A stretch of 64,000 nucleotides of DNA from an uncultured Alphaproteobacteria bacterium (GTDB lineage: Bacteria; Pseudomonadota; Alphaproteobacteria; GCA-2731375). Position numbers and translations under genes: made by a program. The notes under the pieces were generated by a model. It was given only the letters and a program-made list of their open reading frames with translations, did no database searches and was not told the origin of the DNA. Below, piece after piece: positions 18,225 through 27,811 of the stretch. Numbering within the stretch: the stretch's first letter is position 1; every line of letters starts with the position of its first letter. The stretch spans positions 1,600,017 to 1,664,016 of the forward strand of contig CATOSZ010000001.1 of assembly GCA_951812805.1 (NCBI GenBank), in the 5' to 3' direction.

Positions 18225-19325
18225 CTATGGGCGCAGCAACGCGACGACCTCGCGGGCCACGGCCCGGGTGCCCATGTCGCCGCCGAACTCCATGGGCCGC
18301 AGGCGGTTCTCCGCGAACCCCTGATGGACCGCCTGTTCGATCAGGGCGGCGGCCTCGCCCGGCGCTTCCAGATCCGCACGCTCGCCCAGGTAATCCAGCA
18401 TGAGGGCGCCGCTCAGAATCGCGGCGAGCGGGTTCGCCTTGTCCTGGCCGGTGATGTCGGGTGCGCTGCCGTGGGCGGGCTGGAACAGACCGTGCGCGTC
18501 GCCGATCTCGGCGCAGGCCGCCATGCCCATGCCGCCGACCAGGCCGCCGCCGAGATCGGAGAGGATGTCGCCGAACATGTTCTCCATCACCAGCACGCCG
18601 AAGGCCCAGGGCTGGCGGACCAGGTCCAGGGCCTGGGCGTCGACATAGTTGTAGGACACGTCGATATCGGGAAAGCCGGCGCGGCGCTCGTCGAAGATCT
18701 TGCGAAAGAAGGCCATGGAGCGGAAGACGTTCGCCTTGTCGACGCAGGTGACCAGGCCTTTGCCGCCACGCGCCCGGCGCCGTCCGGCGAGGCGGAAGGC
18801 GAAGTCGTGCAGCTTTTCCGTCGTCGCCCGGGTGATCCGCAGGATGTCCTGGACTTCCGCGTCGGTCTCGACCGGGGAGCGGTCGTGCACGGCGGCCGAA
18901 TAGAACAGGCCTTCGGTCGATTCCCGCAGGATCACCAGGTCGATCTCGCCGGCCCGGGGATCGGCCAGGCGTTGCGGCGCGTTCGGATAGGCCTTGACCG
19001 GACGGACGCCCGCATAGAGCTGGAGGTCCTCGCGCAGCCGCAGGTGGGGCGAGATTTCCGTGCCGTCGGCGTGGCGAACTTCCGGCAGGCCGATGGCGCC
19101 GAGCAGGATAGCGTCGGCTCCCGCCGCCGCGGCCTCGGCGCCGGGCGCCATGTCGCGCCCGGTTTCGCGGTAATAGGCAGCCCCACCGTCCAGGTCTTCC
19201 GCCACCAGACGAAACCCGCCGACCCGCGCCTCGGCCGCCGCGAGCACCGCGAGGGTGGCCTCGGTGACGTCGATGCCGATACCGTCGCCGCGGATCACGG
19301 CGACCTGGAAATCCCGGGTGTTCAT
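18225..19325 (-). CDS. Tartrate dehydrogenase/decarboxylase or 3-isopropylmalate dehydrogenase family (isocitrate/isopropylmalate DH superfamily)
   Basis: …ILLGAIG…NMFGDILSDL…GSAPDI… signature. The start overlaps the upstream SDR stop. Confidence 0.85.
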   Translation of the reverse strand: MNTRDFQVAVIRGDGIGIDVTEATLAVLAAAEARVGGFRLVAEDLDGGAAYYRETGRDMAPGAEAAAAGADAILLGAIGLPEVRHADGTEISPHLRLREDLQLYAGVRPVKAYPNAPQRLADPRAGEIDLVILRESTEGLFYSAAVHDRSPVETDAEVQDILRITRATTEKLHDFAFRLAGRRRARGGKGLVTCVDKANVFRSMAFFRKIFDERRAGFPDIDVSYNYVDAQALDLVRQPWAFGVLVMENMFGDILSDLGGGLVGGMGMAACAEIGDAHGLFQPAHGSAPDITGQDKANPLAAILSGALMLDYLGERADLEAPGEAAALIEQAVHQGFAENRLRPMEFGGDMGTRAVAREVVALLRP

Positions 19326-20206
19326 TACAGCTCGCTCGCCTTCGGCACCTCGAAGTAATCCGGCTTGGTATGGCACCAGGGATCACCCCAGTTCTGCTGG
19401 CCGCCGTCGACGGTGACGACCTCGCCGGTGATGAACTTGCCGGAAGGCGCGGCGAGATAGACGCAGGCCTCGGCGATGTCCTGCACGTCGCCGGTGCGCA
19501 TCATCGGATTGGCATAGCTGTAGAGCTTCGCGGCGTGCGGCGGATAGACGTTGAAGCCTTCCGTCTCGACACAGCCGGGGGCGACGCAGTTGACGCGGAT
19601 CTGGTTCGGCGCCCACTCGATGGCGACGGTCTTCGAGAGGTAGGTGACGCCGGCCCGCGCGGCGCAGGTGTGCGCGATGTCGGGCATGCCGCGAAAGAAC
19701 ACGGCGACGATGTTGATGATGCAGCCGGGCCGTTTCGCGGCCATCCAGCGCCGGGCCGCGGCCTGCATCATGTACCAGGTGCCGTTGAGGTTGGTGTCGA
19801 TCACCGCGTTCCAGCCCTTGACCGAAAAGTCGATGGCCTTCTGCGGGAACTGGCCGCCGGCATTGTTGACCAGGATGTCGATACCGCCCTGCGCCTCCCA
19901 GGCCGCGTCGATCATCGCGTCGACCTGCTCGGGGTCGCGGATCGTCATGGCGTGGATGTCGACCTCGGCGCCGAGCTCGCGCAGCCAGGTCTCGGTGCCG
20001 CGCAGCTTCTCCTCGTCCCGTCCGCAGATCACCAGGTCGGCGCCGAGCCGGGCGTAGAGATAGGCGACCGCCTTGCCGAGCCCGCTGCCGGCGCCGGAAA
20101 CCAGCGCGACCTTGCCTTTCAGCAGATCGTCCCGGAACACCGTTGGGAGTTTGACCAGCTCCTCGTCGGCCATGCCGTAGGTCTGGCGTTCGCTGGCGTC
20201 GCTCAT
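19325..20206 (-). CDS. SDR-family oxidoreductase (2,4-dienoyl-CoA reductase / peroxisomal enoyl reductase-like)
   Basis: VSGAGSGLG Rossmann motif, NNAG, catalytic S…Y…K context. 293 aa. Confidence 0.85.
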   Translation of the reverse strand: MSDASERQTYGMADEELVKLPTVFRDDLLKGKVALVSGAGSGLGKAVAYLYARLGADLVICGRDEEKLRGTETWLRELGAEVDIHAMTIRDPEQVDAMIDAAWEAQGGIDILVNNAGGQFPQKAIDFSVKGWNAVIDTNLNGTWYMMQAAARRWMAAKRPGCIINIVAVFFRGMPDIAHTCAARAGVTYLSKTVAIEWAPNQIRVNCVAPGCVETEGFNVYPPHAAKLYSYANPMMRTGDVQDIAEACVYLAAPSGKFITGEVVTVDGGQQNWGDPWCHTKPDYFEVPKASEL

Positions 20207-20221
20207 GACGTTCTCCCCAAA

Positions 20222-21316
20222 TTAGTTGTTGGCGCCGACGATGGAGTCGATTTCCGCCTGGTCGAGGCCGACGCCCCGCGCCGTTTCCAGAATGGCCGCC
20301 CAGGCTGCATCCGAGAGCGGGATGCCGTCGCGCCGCCGCTCCGCCTCGCGCCGCCGCTCGGGCTCGCCTGGCACGAGGACCTCGCCGCCGGGTTCCGTCG
20401 GCCGGCTGGCTTTCACGAAGTCGACATAGTCGCGCACCATGGCACCGACGCCATGGCCGTCGTCGAAGGCACCGACCGAAAGGTAGAAAGACAGCATGCC
20501 GTTGGCGACCTGGCGAACCTCCGGCCCGGCGCAGCCCGAACCGGTGAAGGCGCCCGCCAGCAGTTCGCACATCAGGGCCAGGCCCGAGCCCTTGTGATCG
20601 CCCATGGCACGCAGCGCGCCCGGGCCGTTGCGCGGGTTCGGCGCGCCGCCGCTGGCATCGGCCCCATAAAGCAGCAGCGGGTCGCCGGAGATCTCGCCGT
20701 CCGGCCCGACCAGGCTGTCGTCGGGAAGCGGCTTGCCCCCGTTGTAGGCGACCAGCGCCTTGCCCTCGGCGACGACGGAGGTGGCGAAGTCGAGGATGAT
20801 CGGCGGCCCGTCCTCGGAAGGAATGCCGACGGCGAACGGCGCGGTCGAGAAACGTCGGTCGATGCCGCCGAAGGGCGCGACCAGGCAGGAGCCCGCGACA
20901 TTGACGAAATGCACCGAGACCAGGCCTTCGGCGGCCGCGCGCAGGGGATAGTCGCCGATCCGGCCGAGATGGCCCGCGTTGCGCAGGGCCACCACGCCGA
21001 CCCCGTTGTCGCGCGCCATGTCCATGCCGAGGCGCGCCGCCTTGGGCCCGACGGTCTGGCCGAAGCCGAAACAGCCGTCGACCAGGACGAAGGACTCGGA
21101 CCGCGTCACCACGTCGATATCGCCGCCGGGCGTGATCTTGCCGTCGTCGATATATTGGACGTAGCGCGGCACGCGGATCACGCCGTGGCTGTCGTGCCCG
21201 GCGAGATTGGCGGCGACGAGGAAGCCGGCGATACGGTCGGCCTCGTCGGCCGGGCAGCCGCGCCGTTGGAAGATGGTGTCGACGAGACGGGTGAGCGGGT
21301 CGGCGTGAATGAGCAC
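20222..21316 (-). CDS. Ldh_2 family malate/L-lactate/ureidoglycolate-type dehydrogenase
   Basis: …AGHDSHGV…GHLGRIG…HKGSGLALMCELLAG… GTG start at 21316 sits 9 nt after AGGAGG. The longer ORF in the track is an upstream extension. Confidence 0.8.
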   Translation of the reverse strand: MLIHADPLTRLVDTIFQRRGCPADEADRIAGFLVAANLAGHDSHGVIRVPRYVQYIDDGKITPGGDIDVVTRSESFVLVDGCFGFGQTVGPKAARLGMDMARDNGVGVVALRNAGHLGRIGDYPLRAAAEGLVSVHFVNVAGSCLVAPFGGIDRRFSTAPFAVGIPSEDGPPIILDFATSVVAEGKALVAYNGGKPLPDDSLVGPDGEISGDPLLLYGADASGGAPNPRNGPGALRAMGDHKGSGLALMCELLAGAFTGSGCAGPEVRQVANGMLSFYLSVGAFDDGHGVGAMVRDYVDFVKASRPTEPGGEVLVPGEPERRREAERRRDGIPLSDAAWAAILETARGVGLDQAEIDSIVGANN

Positions 21317-21490
21317 GGGATCGAACCTCCTGAAGCGGAATGCACGCTGCGCTGATAGCACGTCGGTGAAACCGGCTCTAGGGAGCGCGAAACTTCCCGC
21401 ATCGGTGGCCGGGCTCTGGTAAGTGGTTCGCTGTTTTGGCAATATCCCGTCCCAGGTGCCATAGGGGGCACCCCGACAATTTGGTGGCCG

Positions 21491-21913
21491 ATGGGTAGCG
21501 GGTACGAGATCACGATGATCGCGGACGATGGCGTCATGGCGATTACGTGGCAGGGTGAAGTGGAAATCGGGTTGTGGCGGACGTTCGTCTCCGACCTGGT
21601 CGATGACCCGCGCATCCGCCCGGGGCTCGGTCGGCTGCATGATTTCCGTGCCGTGAAGGTCGATTTCAACCAGGACACGGTACGCCAGATGGCCGCCGTC
21701 ATCGATGCCAACGACGACAAGCTCGGCCGGCGGCGTGTCGCCCTCCTGGTCGGGGGTGATGTCGATTTCGGCGTCATGCGGATGCTGGCCTCGATGTCGG
21801 ATCCGCAAGGCTCGGACATGCGGGTCTTCCGGGACGGTGTGGCCGCGCTCGCCTGGGTCGGTGCGCCCGACGACAGCGTCCTTCCGGCGGATGGAGGGGG
21901 CGAAGGCCGATGA
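21491..21913 (+). CDS. Hypothetical protein, translationally coupled (ATGA) to the downstream SDR gene
   Basis: 140-aa ORF with high GC3. Its stop overlaps the SDR start at 21910. Confidence 0.45.
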   Translation: MGSGYEITMIADDGVMAITWQGEVEIGLWRTFVSDLVDDPRIRPGLGRLHDFRAVKVDFNQDTVRQMAAVIDANDDKLGRRRVALLVGGDVDFGVMRMLASMSDPQGSDMRVFRDGVAALAWVGAPDDSVLPADGGGEGR

Positions 21914-22704
21914 GCGACAATGCGGAAATCGACACGCTTCGGACCCCGAGCTTCGCCCTGCATGGCCGCACGGCCCTGGTGACCGGAGCGGGCCGTGGCC
22001 TCGGTGCCGGGGCGGCGATCGCGCTCGCCGAAGCCGGCGCCGACCTGGTGCTGATGAGCCGGACGGAGAGCGAGCTGGACCGGGTCGCGGAACGGGTTCG
22101 GGCGGAGGGCCGCGAGGCGCGGGTCGCGGTCTGCGACGTCACCGACACGGCCCGGCTGGAGGCGACGATCGCCGGGCTCGACGCCCTCGACATCGTGGTC
22201 AACAACGCGGGCATCAACTTTCCAATGCCGATGCTCGAACTGCCGGTCGAGAAGCTCGACCAGATGCTGAACCTCAATCTCCGCGCCTGCCTGATGGTCG
22301 CCCGCTTTTCCGTCGAGCGGATGCTGCGCGAGGAGAACCGCAAGGCGCGGGGCGGTGCCATCATCAACATGAGCTCGCAGATGGGCCATGTCGGCGCGCC
22401 CACCCGGGTGGTCTATTGCGCCACCAAGCACGGGCTCGAAGGCATGACCAAGGCCCTGGCGCTGGAGCTTGCGGAAAGCGGCATTCGGGTGAACTCCCTC
22501 GGCCCGACGTTCTTTGAAACTCCGCTCGCCCGGCCGATGCTGGCGGACCCGCAGTTTCGCACCGACGTGCTCGACCGTATCGCGCTTGGCCGGCTCGGCA
22601 AGACCGAGGACCTGATGGGCGCGATCGTCTTTTTGGCCTCGCCCGCCGCCGCGATGATCACCGGGACCAGCCTGCTGGTCGACGGCGGCTGGACCGCGCG
22701 CTGA
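21910..22704 (+). CDS. SDR-family oxidoreductase
   Basis: TGAGRGLG, NNAG, S…YCATK catalytic motif. Confidence 0.9.
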   Translation: MSDNAEIDTLRTPSFALHGRTALVTGAGRGLGAGAAIALAEAGADLVLMSRTESELDRVAERVRAEGREARVAVCDVTDTARLEATIAGLDALDIVVNNAGINFPMPMLELPVEKLDQMLNLNLRACLMVARFSVERMLREENRKARGGAIINMSSQMGHVGAPTRVVYCATKHGLEGMTKALALELAESGIRVNSLGPTFFETPLARPMLADPQFRTDVLDRIALGRLGKTEDLMGAIVFLASPAAAMITGTSLLVDGGWTAR

Positions 22705-22710
22705 CGCGGG

Positions 22711-23766
22711 CTATTCCCGACGGACCCGGGTCACGTGGCCCATCTTCCGCCCCGGCCGCACCTCCGCCTTGCCGTAGAGATGGACATGGGCGCCGGGCTC
22801 GGCCAGCAGGGCGGGGACCGTCGCGACGTCGTCACCGATCAGGTTGGTCATTTCGGCCCGGCCCAGCGAGGTCGTCGGGCCGAGCGGCAGGCCGGTGACC
22901 GCGCGGACATGTTGCTCGAACTGCGAGGTTTCCGCGCCCTCGATCGTCCAATGGCCGGAGTTGTGGACCCGGGGGGCGATCTCGTTCAACAGCAAGCCGC
23001 CGTCGGCGAGATGGAACAGCTCGATCCCCATGACACCCACATAGTCGAGGCCGTCCAGCAGCAAACCGGCGATCTCCCGCGCCCGGACCGCCACTTCGGG
23101 CGCCAAAGCCGCCGGTGCCGTCGAGGTGTGCAGGATGTGGTGGCGATGCACGTTCTCGACCGGATCGTAGCAGGCGATTCCGCCCTTGCTGTCGCGCGCG
23201 GCGATGACGGAAATTTCCCGTTCGAAACGGACCAACCCTTCGAGCAGGGCCGGCGCCCTGCCGATGTCGTGCCAGGCAGCCTCGGCCGCCGCCGGTTCCG
23301 CGGCTTCGATCCGGGTCTGACCCTTGCCGTCATAGCCGAACCGCCGGGTTTTCAGGATCGCCGGCGTGCCGATCTCCGCCAGTGCCGTGACCAGGTCGCC
23401 GGGACCGTCGACCGGGACGAAGGGCGCGGTCGGAATGGCGAGGTCCCTGGCGAAGCGTTTCTCCAGCAGCCGGTCCTGTGCCGTTTCGAGTGCCGCGGCG
23501 CCCGGCTGCACCGGTACTCGTTCGGCCAGATGACGCACGGTGTCGGCGGGCACGTTTTCGAATTCGTAGGTGACGACGTCGACGGTCGCGGCAAAGGCGT
23601 CGAGCGCGGCCAGATCGTCATAGGCGGCAACGGTCTCGGCCGTGGCCACCTGGGCCGCGGGTCCGCCCGGCGTCGGGTCCAGCACGTGGGTGGCGACGCC
23701 GAGATTGGCCCCGGCGAGTGCCAGCATGCGGCCGAGCTGGCCGCCGCCGAGGATCCCCAGCCTCAT
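22711..23766 (-). CDS. purK: N5-carboxyaminoimidazole ribonucleotide synthase
   Basis: ATP-grasp protein [14 protein letters not shown]… with conserved PurK sequence. The ATGA overlaps the purE stop. Confidence 0.9.
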   Translation of the reverse strand: MRLGILGGGQLGRMLALAGANLGVATHVLDPTPGGPAAQVATAETVAAYDDLAALDAFAATVDVVTYEFENVPADTVRHLAERVPVQPGAAALETAQDRLLEKRFARDLAIPTAPFVPVDGPGDLVTALAEIGTPAILKTRRFGYDGKGQTRIEAAEPAAAEAAWHDIGRAPALLEGLVRFEREISVIAARDSKGGIACYDPVENVHRHHILHTSTAPAALAPEVAVRAREIAGLLLDGLDYVGVMGIELFHLADGGLLLNEIAPRVHNSGHWTIEGAETSQFEQHVRAVTGLPLGPTTSLGRAEMTNLIGDDVATVPALLAEPGAHVHLYGKAEVRPGRKMGHVTRVRRE

Positions 23767-24260
23767 GCCGGGTCGACCGGCATGAGCGGCACGGACTCCG
23801 TCAAGCGGTCCCGCCAGGCGGCCAGCGCGCGCGCGACCGCATCGTCCGACAAGGCGACGATCTGGGCGGCGAGTAGCCCGGCGTTGGTCGCACCGGCCCG
23901 TCCGATGGCGAGCGTCGCGACCGGCACGCCGCCCGGCATCTGGACGATGGACAGCAGGCTGTCGAGGCCGGAGAGGGCCTTGCTCTCGACGGGGACCCCC
24001 AATACGGGCAGGCGGGTCATCGAGGCGGCCATGCCCGGCAGATGGGCGGCACCCCCGGCCCCGGCGATGATGACCTGGAGACCGCGGTCCGCCGCACGCC
24101 GCGCATAGTCGTAAAGCCGGTCGGGCGTGCGGTGGGCGGAGACGACGCGTGTCTCGCGCGCCACCCCCAGCTCGTCGAGGATCTCGACGGCGTGACGCAT
24201 GGTCTCCCAGTCCGAGCGACTGCCCATGATGACGCCGACCAGGGGTGTCGAACTCTCCAT
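23763..24260 (-). CDS. purE: N5-carboxyaminoimidazole ribonucleotide mutase
   Basis: [14 protein letters not shown]…[14 protein letters not shown]… RBS GGGAGGAAGG. Confidence 0.9.
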   Translation of the reverse strand: MESSTPLVGVIMGSRSDWETMRHAVEILDELGVARETRVVSAHRTPDRLYDYARRAADRGLQVIIAGAGGAAHLPGMAASMTRLPVLGVPVESKALSGLDSLLSIVQMPGGVPVATLAIGRAGATNAGLLAAQIVALSDDAVARALAAWRDRLTESVPLMPVDPA

Positions 24261-24388
24261 GCCTTCCTCCCGAAAAAAGGGGGCCGACTATAGAGGATCG
24301 ATGGGGAGATCGGAACGGGGACGGCACCGGCGGCCGGGGTCGTCGAATCATATTCGCGTGCCCGAGAAGATTTGGTAATCTTTTTGGG

Positions 24389-25566
24389 TGTTATACCAAT
24401 CGACAATGATCAGAACCCGATGGCCCATGATCTTCGTCCGATGGATTTGATTCTGTCCGGCTGTGCGATGAGGTTGTTCCAGGCCTTGCAGCAATGATCG
24501 GTGATGTCGTCCTGGTCTTCGAAGACGATGTCGGAGAGCCAGTTGTTTCGGATGTACTGCCAGACGTTCTCGGCAGGATTGAGTTCGGGCGATCTCGGCG
24601 GCAGCGGCAGGAGGGTTATGTTGGCCGGGACGTCGAGCCGTTTCGTGGTGTGCCAGCCGGCCCGGTCGAGCAGCATCAAGGCATGGGCTCCGGGTTGAAC
24701 CTGGACGGAGATTTCCTCCAGATGCTGCTGCATGGCGGCGGTGTTGCAGCGTTGCTGGACGATGGCGGCGCCGGTGCCGCGCTCGGGGCAGATGGCGCCG
24801 AAGATATAGGCCGACTTGGTGCGCTGATCGTGCGGGGTGCGTGGCCGTGTGCCGCGCCGGGCCCAGCGCCGGGCATGCTTGTTCTTCTGTCCGACGCGGG
24901 TTTCATCCTGCCACCAGATCTCTATCCCGGTGCCGTCGGGGAGTGCTTTGCGAGCCCGCGCGACCAGCTCGGGGAATTTTTTTTGAAGTCCTCGATCACC
25001 CCCGGCTCCTGGGCGTGATGGCGCGGCCGCATCGTCATCCTGGCGAAGCCCATCGCCTTCAGCTCCCGGCTCACCGTCCGCTGGTCGAGCGTGATCGCGA
25101 AGCTCTCGCCGATCCAGTCGACCAGATCCGCTAGCCGCCAGCGCATGACGCCGTCGCGCGCCGGATCCGGTCCCGCTTCCACCCGGGCCGCCAAGGCGTC
25201 CCGTTGCGCCGGGTCCAGTTTCTTCGCCGCGCCCGGCGCCTTGCGGTCGATCAGGCCGGCCGGGCCCTCCGCGTTGAAACGCAGCACCCAGTCACGGATC
25301 ACCTGAAGGCCGACGTCCCCCGTCCGCGCGGCCTCCGTCCGACTCCCGCCCTCGTAGATCACAGCAAGCGAAAGCAAGCGCCGGATCTGTTTAGCATCCC
25401 TCGATCCCTTGGCCAGACGTCGCAACGCCGCCGCATCGAAATCCTCGCGCAAGGCAATACCCCGACCCATGGTGATCCCCCTCTTCCGAATCACCACAAT
25501 TGAGTCAGAAATCAGCCAGCAAGGGAATCCAACCGCGAGTTGACATCAATGTCGACTGGTATTACA
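24389..25566 (-). mobile_element. IS630-family insertion sequence (about 1.18 kb) with about 26-bp terminal IRs (TGTTATACCAATCGACAATGATCAGAAC / TGTAATACCAGTCGACATTGATGTCAAC)
   Basis: Inverted repeats at 24389-24416 and 25539-25566 flank a two-frame IS630-type transposase. Confidence 0.7.
24410..25497 (-). CDS. IS630-family transposase split into two frames at an A8 run (24974-24982): programmed -1 frameshift or inactivating slip
   Basis: N-terminal HTH part 24922-25497 (…VIEDFKKNSPSW…). The C-terminal DDE part (…QQHLEEISVQV…WHTTKR…NPAENVWQY) continues in the -1 frame after AAAAAAAA. Confidence 0.75.
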
Positions 25567-25611
25567 TGCGGGGGGCGCGATGTAAGGCGCCCTGGTACGA
25601 GTGGATTGGCC

Positions 25612-26346
25612 ATGAAGATCGGCGACGACAAACCGATTTCCCGTGCCCCGGCGCCGCGCGCGGCCGGGCGGGACGCGGCGCGTGCCTACCGCGCGGCGGA
25701 GGCCGTGGCGCCGGCGGGCCCGAGCGACAGCGCCACCATTCTCGGCATTCCCGAGGCCGAGCTGACGCCGAAGGTACGCGAAGCGATCATGGGGCTGATG
25801 CACGAGGTGGAAACACTTCGCCGCGAGCTGGACCGCACGCACGAGCGGTTGAACCAGATGGAGAAGCTGGCCGACCTCGACACCTTGGCGCCGATCGCCA
25901 ACCGGCGGGCCTTCGTCCGCGAGCTGACCCGTGCCATATCCTTTGCCGAGCGCTATCAAAATCCGTCCAGCCTGATTTACTTCGATTTGAATGGCTTCAA
26001 GGCCATCAACGACAATCACGGTCACGCCGCCGGCGACAAGGCACTGCTGCACGTCGCCGGAATCCTGCTGGAACGGGTGCGGGAATCGGATGTGGTCGGC
26101 CGCCTGGGCGGCGATGAATTCGGTGTCATTCTCGCCCAAACGGACGATCGCGGCGCACGGGAAAAGGCCATGCAGCTGGCTCAGGCGATCGAGGAACAGC
26201 CGATCGACTGGGAAGGCAAGGCTCTGCCGATCCAGCTCGCCTACGGCATCACGACATTCCGCGGCGGAGAGTCCGTCACCGATACCCTGGCCGCCGCGGA
26301 CCGGGAGATGTACGAACGCAAGGCCGACATGAAGGCCGGCCGCTAG
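25612..26346 (+). CDS. GGDEF-domain diguanylate cyclase
   Basis: …IANRRAF…DLNGFKAINDNHGHAAGD…RLGGDEFGVIL… (GGDEF motif intact). The start lies 46 bp from the IS630 end. Confidence 0.85.
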   Translation: MKIGDDKPISRAPAPRAAGRDAARAYRAAEAVAPAGPSDSATILGIPEAELTPKVREAIMGLMHEVETLRRELDRTHERLNQMEKLADLDTLAPIANRRAFVRELTRAISFAERYQNPSSLIYFDLNGFKAINDNHGHAAGDKALLHVAGILLERVRESDVVGRLGGDEFGVILAQTDDRGAREKAMQLAQAIEEQPIDWEGKALPIQLAYGITTFRGGESVTDTLAAADREMYERKADMKAGR

Positions 26347-26617
26347 CCCGCATTTCTCCCACCCTCCACGGCCTCAACGGTGCTGTCGGCCCGACAGGGC
26401 AGGAGCGGCGCGCCGTTCGATGTGGTTCATCGTACAAGCGGTGCGACGCACGCTTGATCGGGACGACAGCACCGCCCGAAGGGTCGACCTGGGCTGGCCG
26501 CTCGGCGAGGCGCGGTCCCTCGACGTAGCCCCGCTACGCCTTTGGGCCCGCACCTCGCCGAATCGACTCGGCCCAGGTCGATTGAGGCCATGGAGGGTGT
26601 GAGAAATACGGGCTAGG
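26343..26617. repeat. MITE-like element bounded by about 36-bp terminal inverted repeats (TTGAGGCCRTGGAGGGTGKGAGAAATRCGGGCTAG)
   Basis: The revcomp of 26343-26380 is ccgttgaggccgtggagggtgggagaaatgcgggctagcg. 26578-26617 is cgattgaggccatggagggtgtgagaaatacgggctaggtg. Related half-copies occur at 5281-5302 and 27288-27314. Confidence 0.4.
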
Positions 26618-26678
26618 TGAAAATCGTCGGGCGTTCGGCCCGGTCGGGCCACGCCCCGTCAGGGGCGCGGCGGTGCCG

Positions 26679-26960
26679 TTATTCCGGCCGTTCGACGATG
26701 ACGCGTCCCCGTCCGCGGCGAAGGATGTAGCCCCCACGCGGAATGGCGAGGCGGCCGTCGTCGATCAGTCCTTGCAGCGCCTCCTGGATCATCTCGGCGT
26801 TACGATCGACCACCATCGACGAGGGCGCCGGTTTATTCGCCAGCCATTCGGCGAATGCCTGGTCTGCAATTTCATCGCCCACGGATTTTCTCAGAGCATT
26901 GAGTTTTCTTATTTCCATGCGCGTAAGCGTACTCTCGTCGACGCGTTTACCTTTAGCCAT
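26679..26960 (-). CDS. Hypothetical protein in an AT-rich islet
   Basis: 93-aa ORF (MAKGKRVDESTLTRMEIRKLNALRK…) in a low-GC segment. No recognisable family. Confidence 0.3.
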   Translation of the reverse strand: MAKGKRVDESTLTRMEIRKLNALRKSVGDEIADQAFAEWLANKPAPSSMVVDRNAEMIQEALQGLIDDGRLAIPRGGYILRRGRGRVIVERPE

Positions 26961-27385
26961 GCCGATCACCAACTATCCTGTGTTTCAGAGACATCACCCG
27001 TCGATGTCACCGCTGGAAATAGACTGATTTGCTATTCAGTCAAGAAAGTCTTCGAAATAAATGTCGGGATTATGAAAATTATGCCAATGCTTATGTTGTT
27101 GGAGTTCGCGGTCCGAACGATGAGATTAATATTGGTTAACGATATGGTGAGCAACGGAATGGCCTTCTTGTGGGTAATACCGAGTTGATCGATAAAGTTG
27201 CCAATTGCCTCCCGGAACCTTGATGCTTGATTGTGATTAACCTCATGCACTGCGAACCGGCATGACCTGGATCTACCGGGAGCGTGGCTAGGGTGACGAA
27301 TACGAGCTAGGATCCCTCCGGCGTCGGGGTTCGGCCCGAACGCGGGATGGACGAGCCATGGGGCGTCCAGCGGGAGAGACGGACA

Positions 27386-27793
27386 ATGCGGGATGTATCC
27401 GCCTTCGGCGCAAAGGAAGCGCTCGTCGTCGAGGACTCCGAGTTTTCCGCAAAGATGCTGGAGCGGATTTTGAGCGTCGTCGGCTTTCGTCAAGTGACGG
27501 TGGCGCGCAACGGCGCTGAGGCTTTGGCGCTGCTGGCGGAGGTGCCGGGGCGGTTCGACGTCCTGGTAACCGACCTGGTGATGCCGGAAATGAACGGCTA
27601 CGAACTCGCATCCTCGGTGCGCGGCAACGAGGATGCGCAGATCAGCAACCTGCCGATTCTGGTGATCACCGCCTCGGACACGGACACCGCGCAGGGGCAG
27701 GCGGCGCCGTTGCCCCGTATCGATGGTTTCGTGCGTAAGCCGGCCACGGTCGGTGCCGTCTACGAGGCCCTGGTCCCCATGCTGCAGGCCTGA
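27386..27793 (+). CDS. Single-domain response regulator (CheY-like receiver)
   Basis: …EALVVEDSEF…VLVTDLVMPEMNGYEL… with conserved D/D/T/K positions. GGAGAG RBS. Confidence 0.8.
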   Translation: MRDVSAFGAKEALVVEDSEFSAKMLERILSVVGFRQVTVARNGAEALALLAEVPGRFDVLVTDLVMPEMNGYELASSVRGNEDAQISNLPILVITASDTDTAQGQAAPLPRIDGFVRKPATVGAVYEALVPMLQA

Positions 27794-27811
27794 AGAAGAT
27801 CGAGGACCATC

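Noticed and set aside
19370-21355. 661-aa plus-strand ORF
   Set aside because: Antisense to the SDR and Ldh_2 genes.
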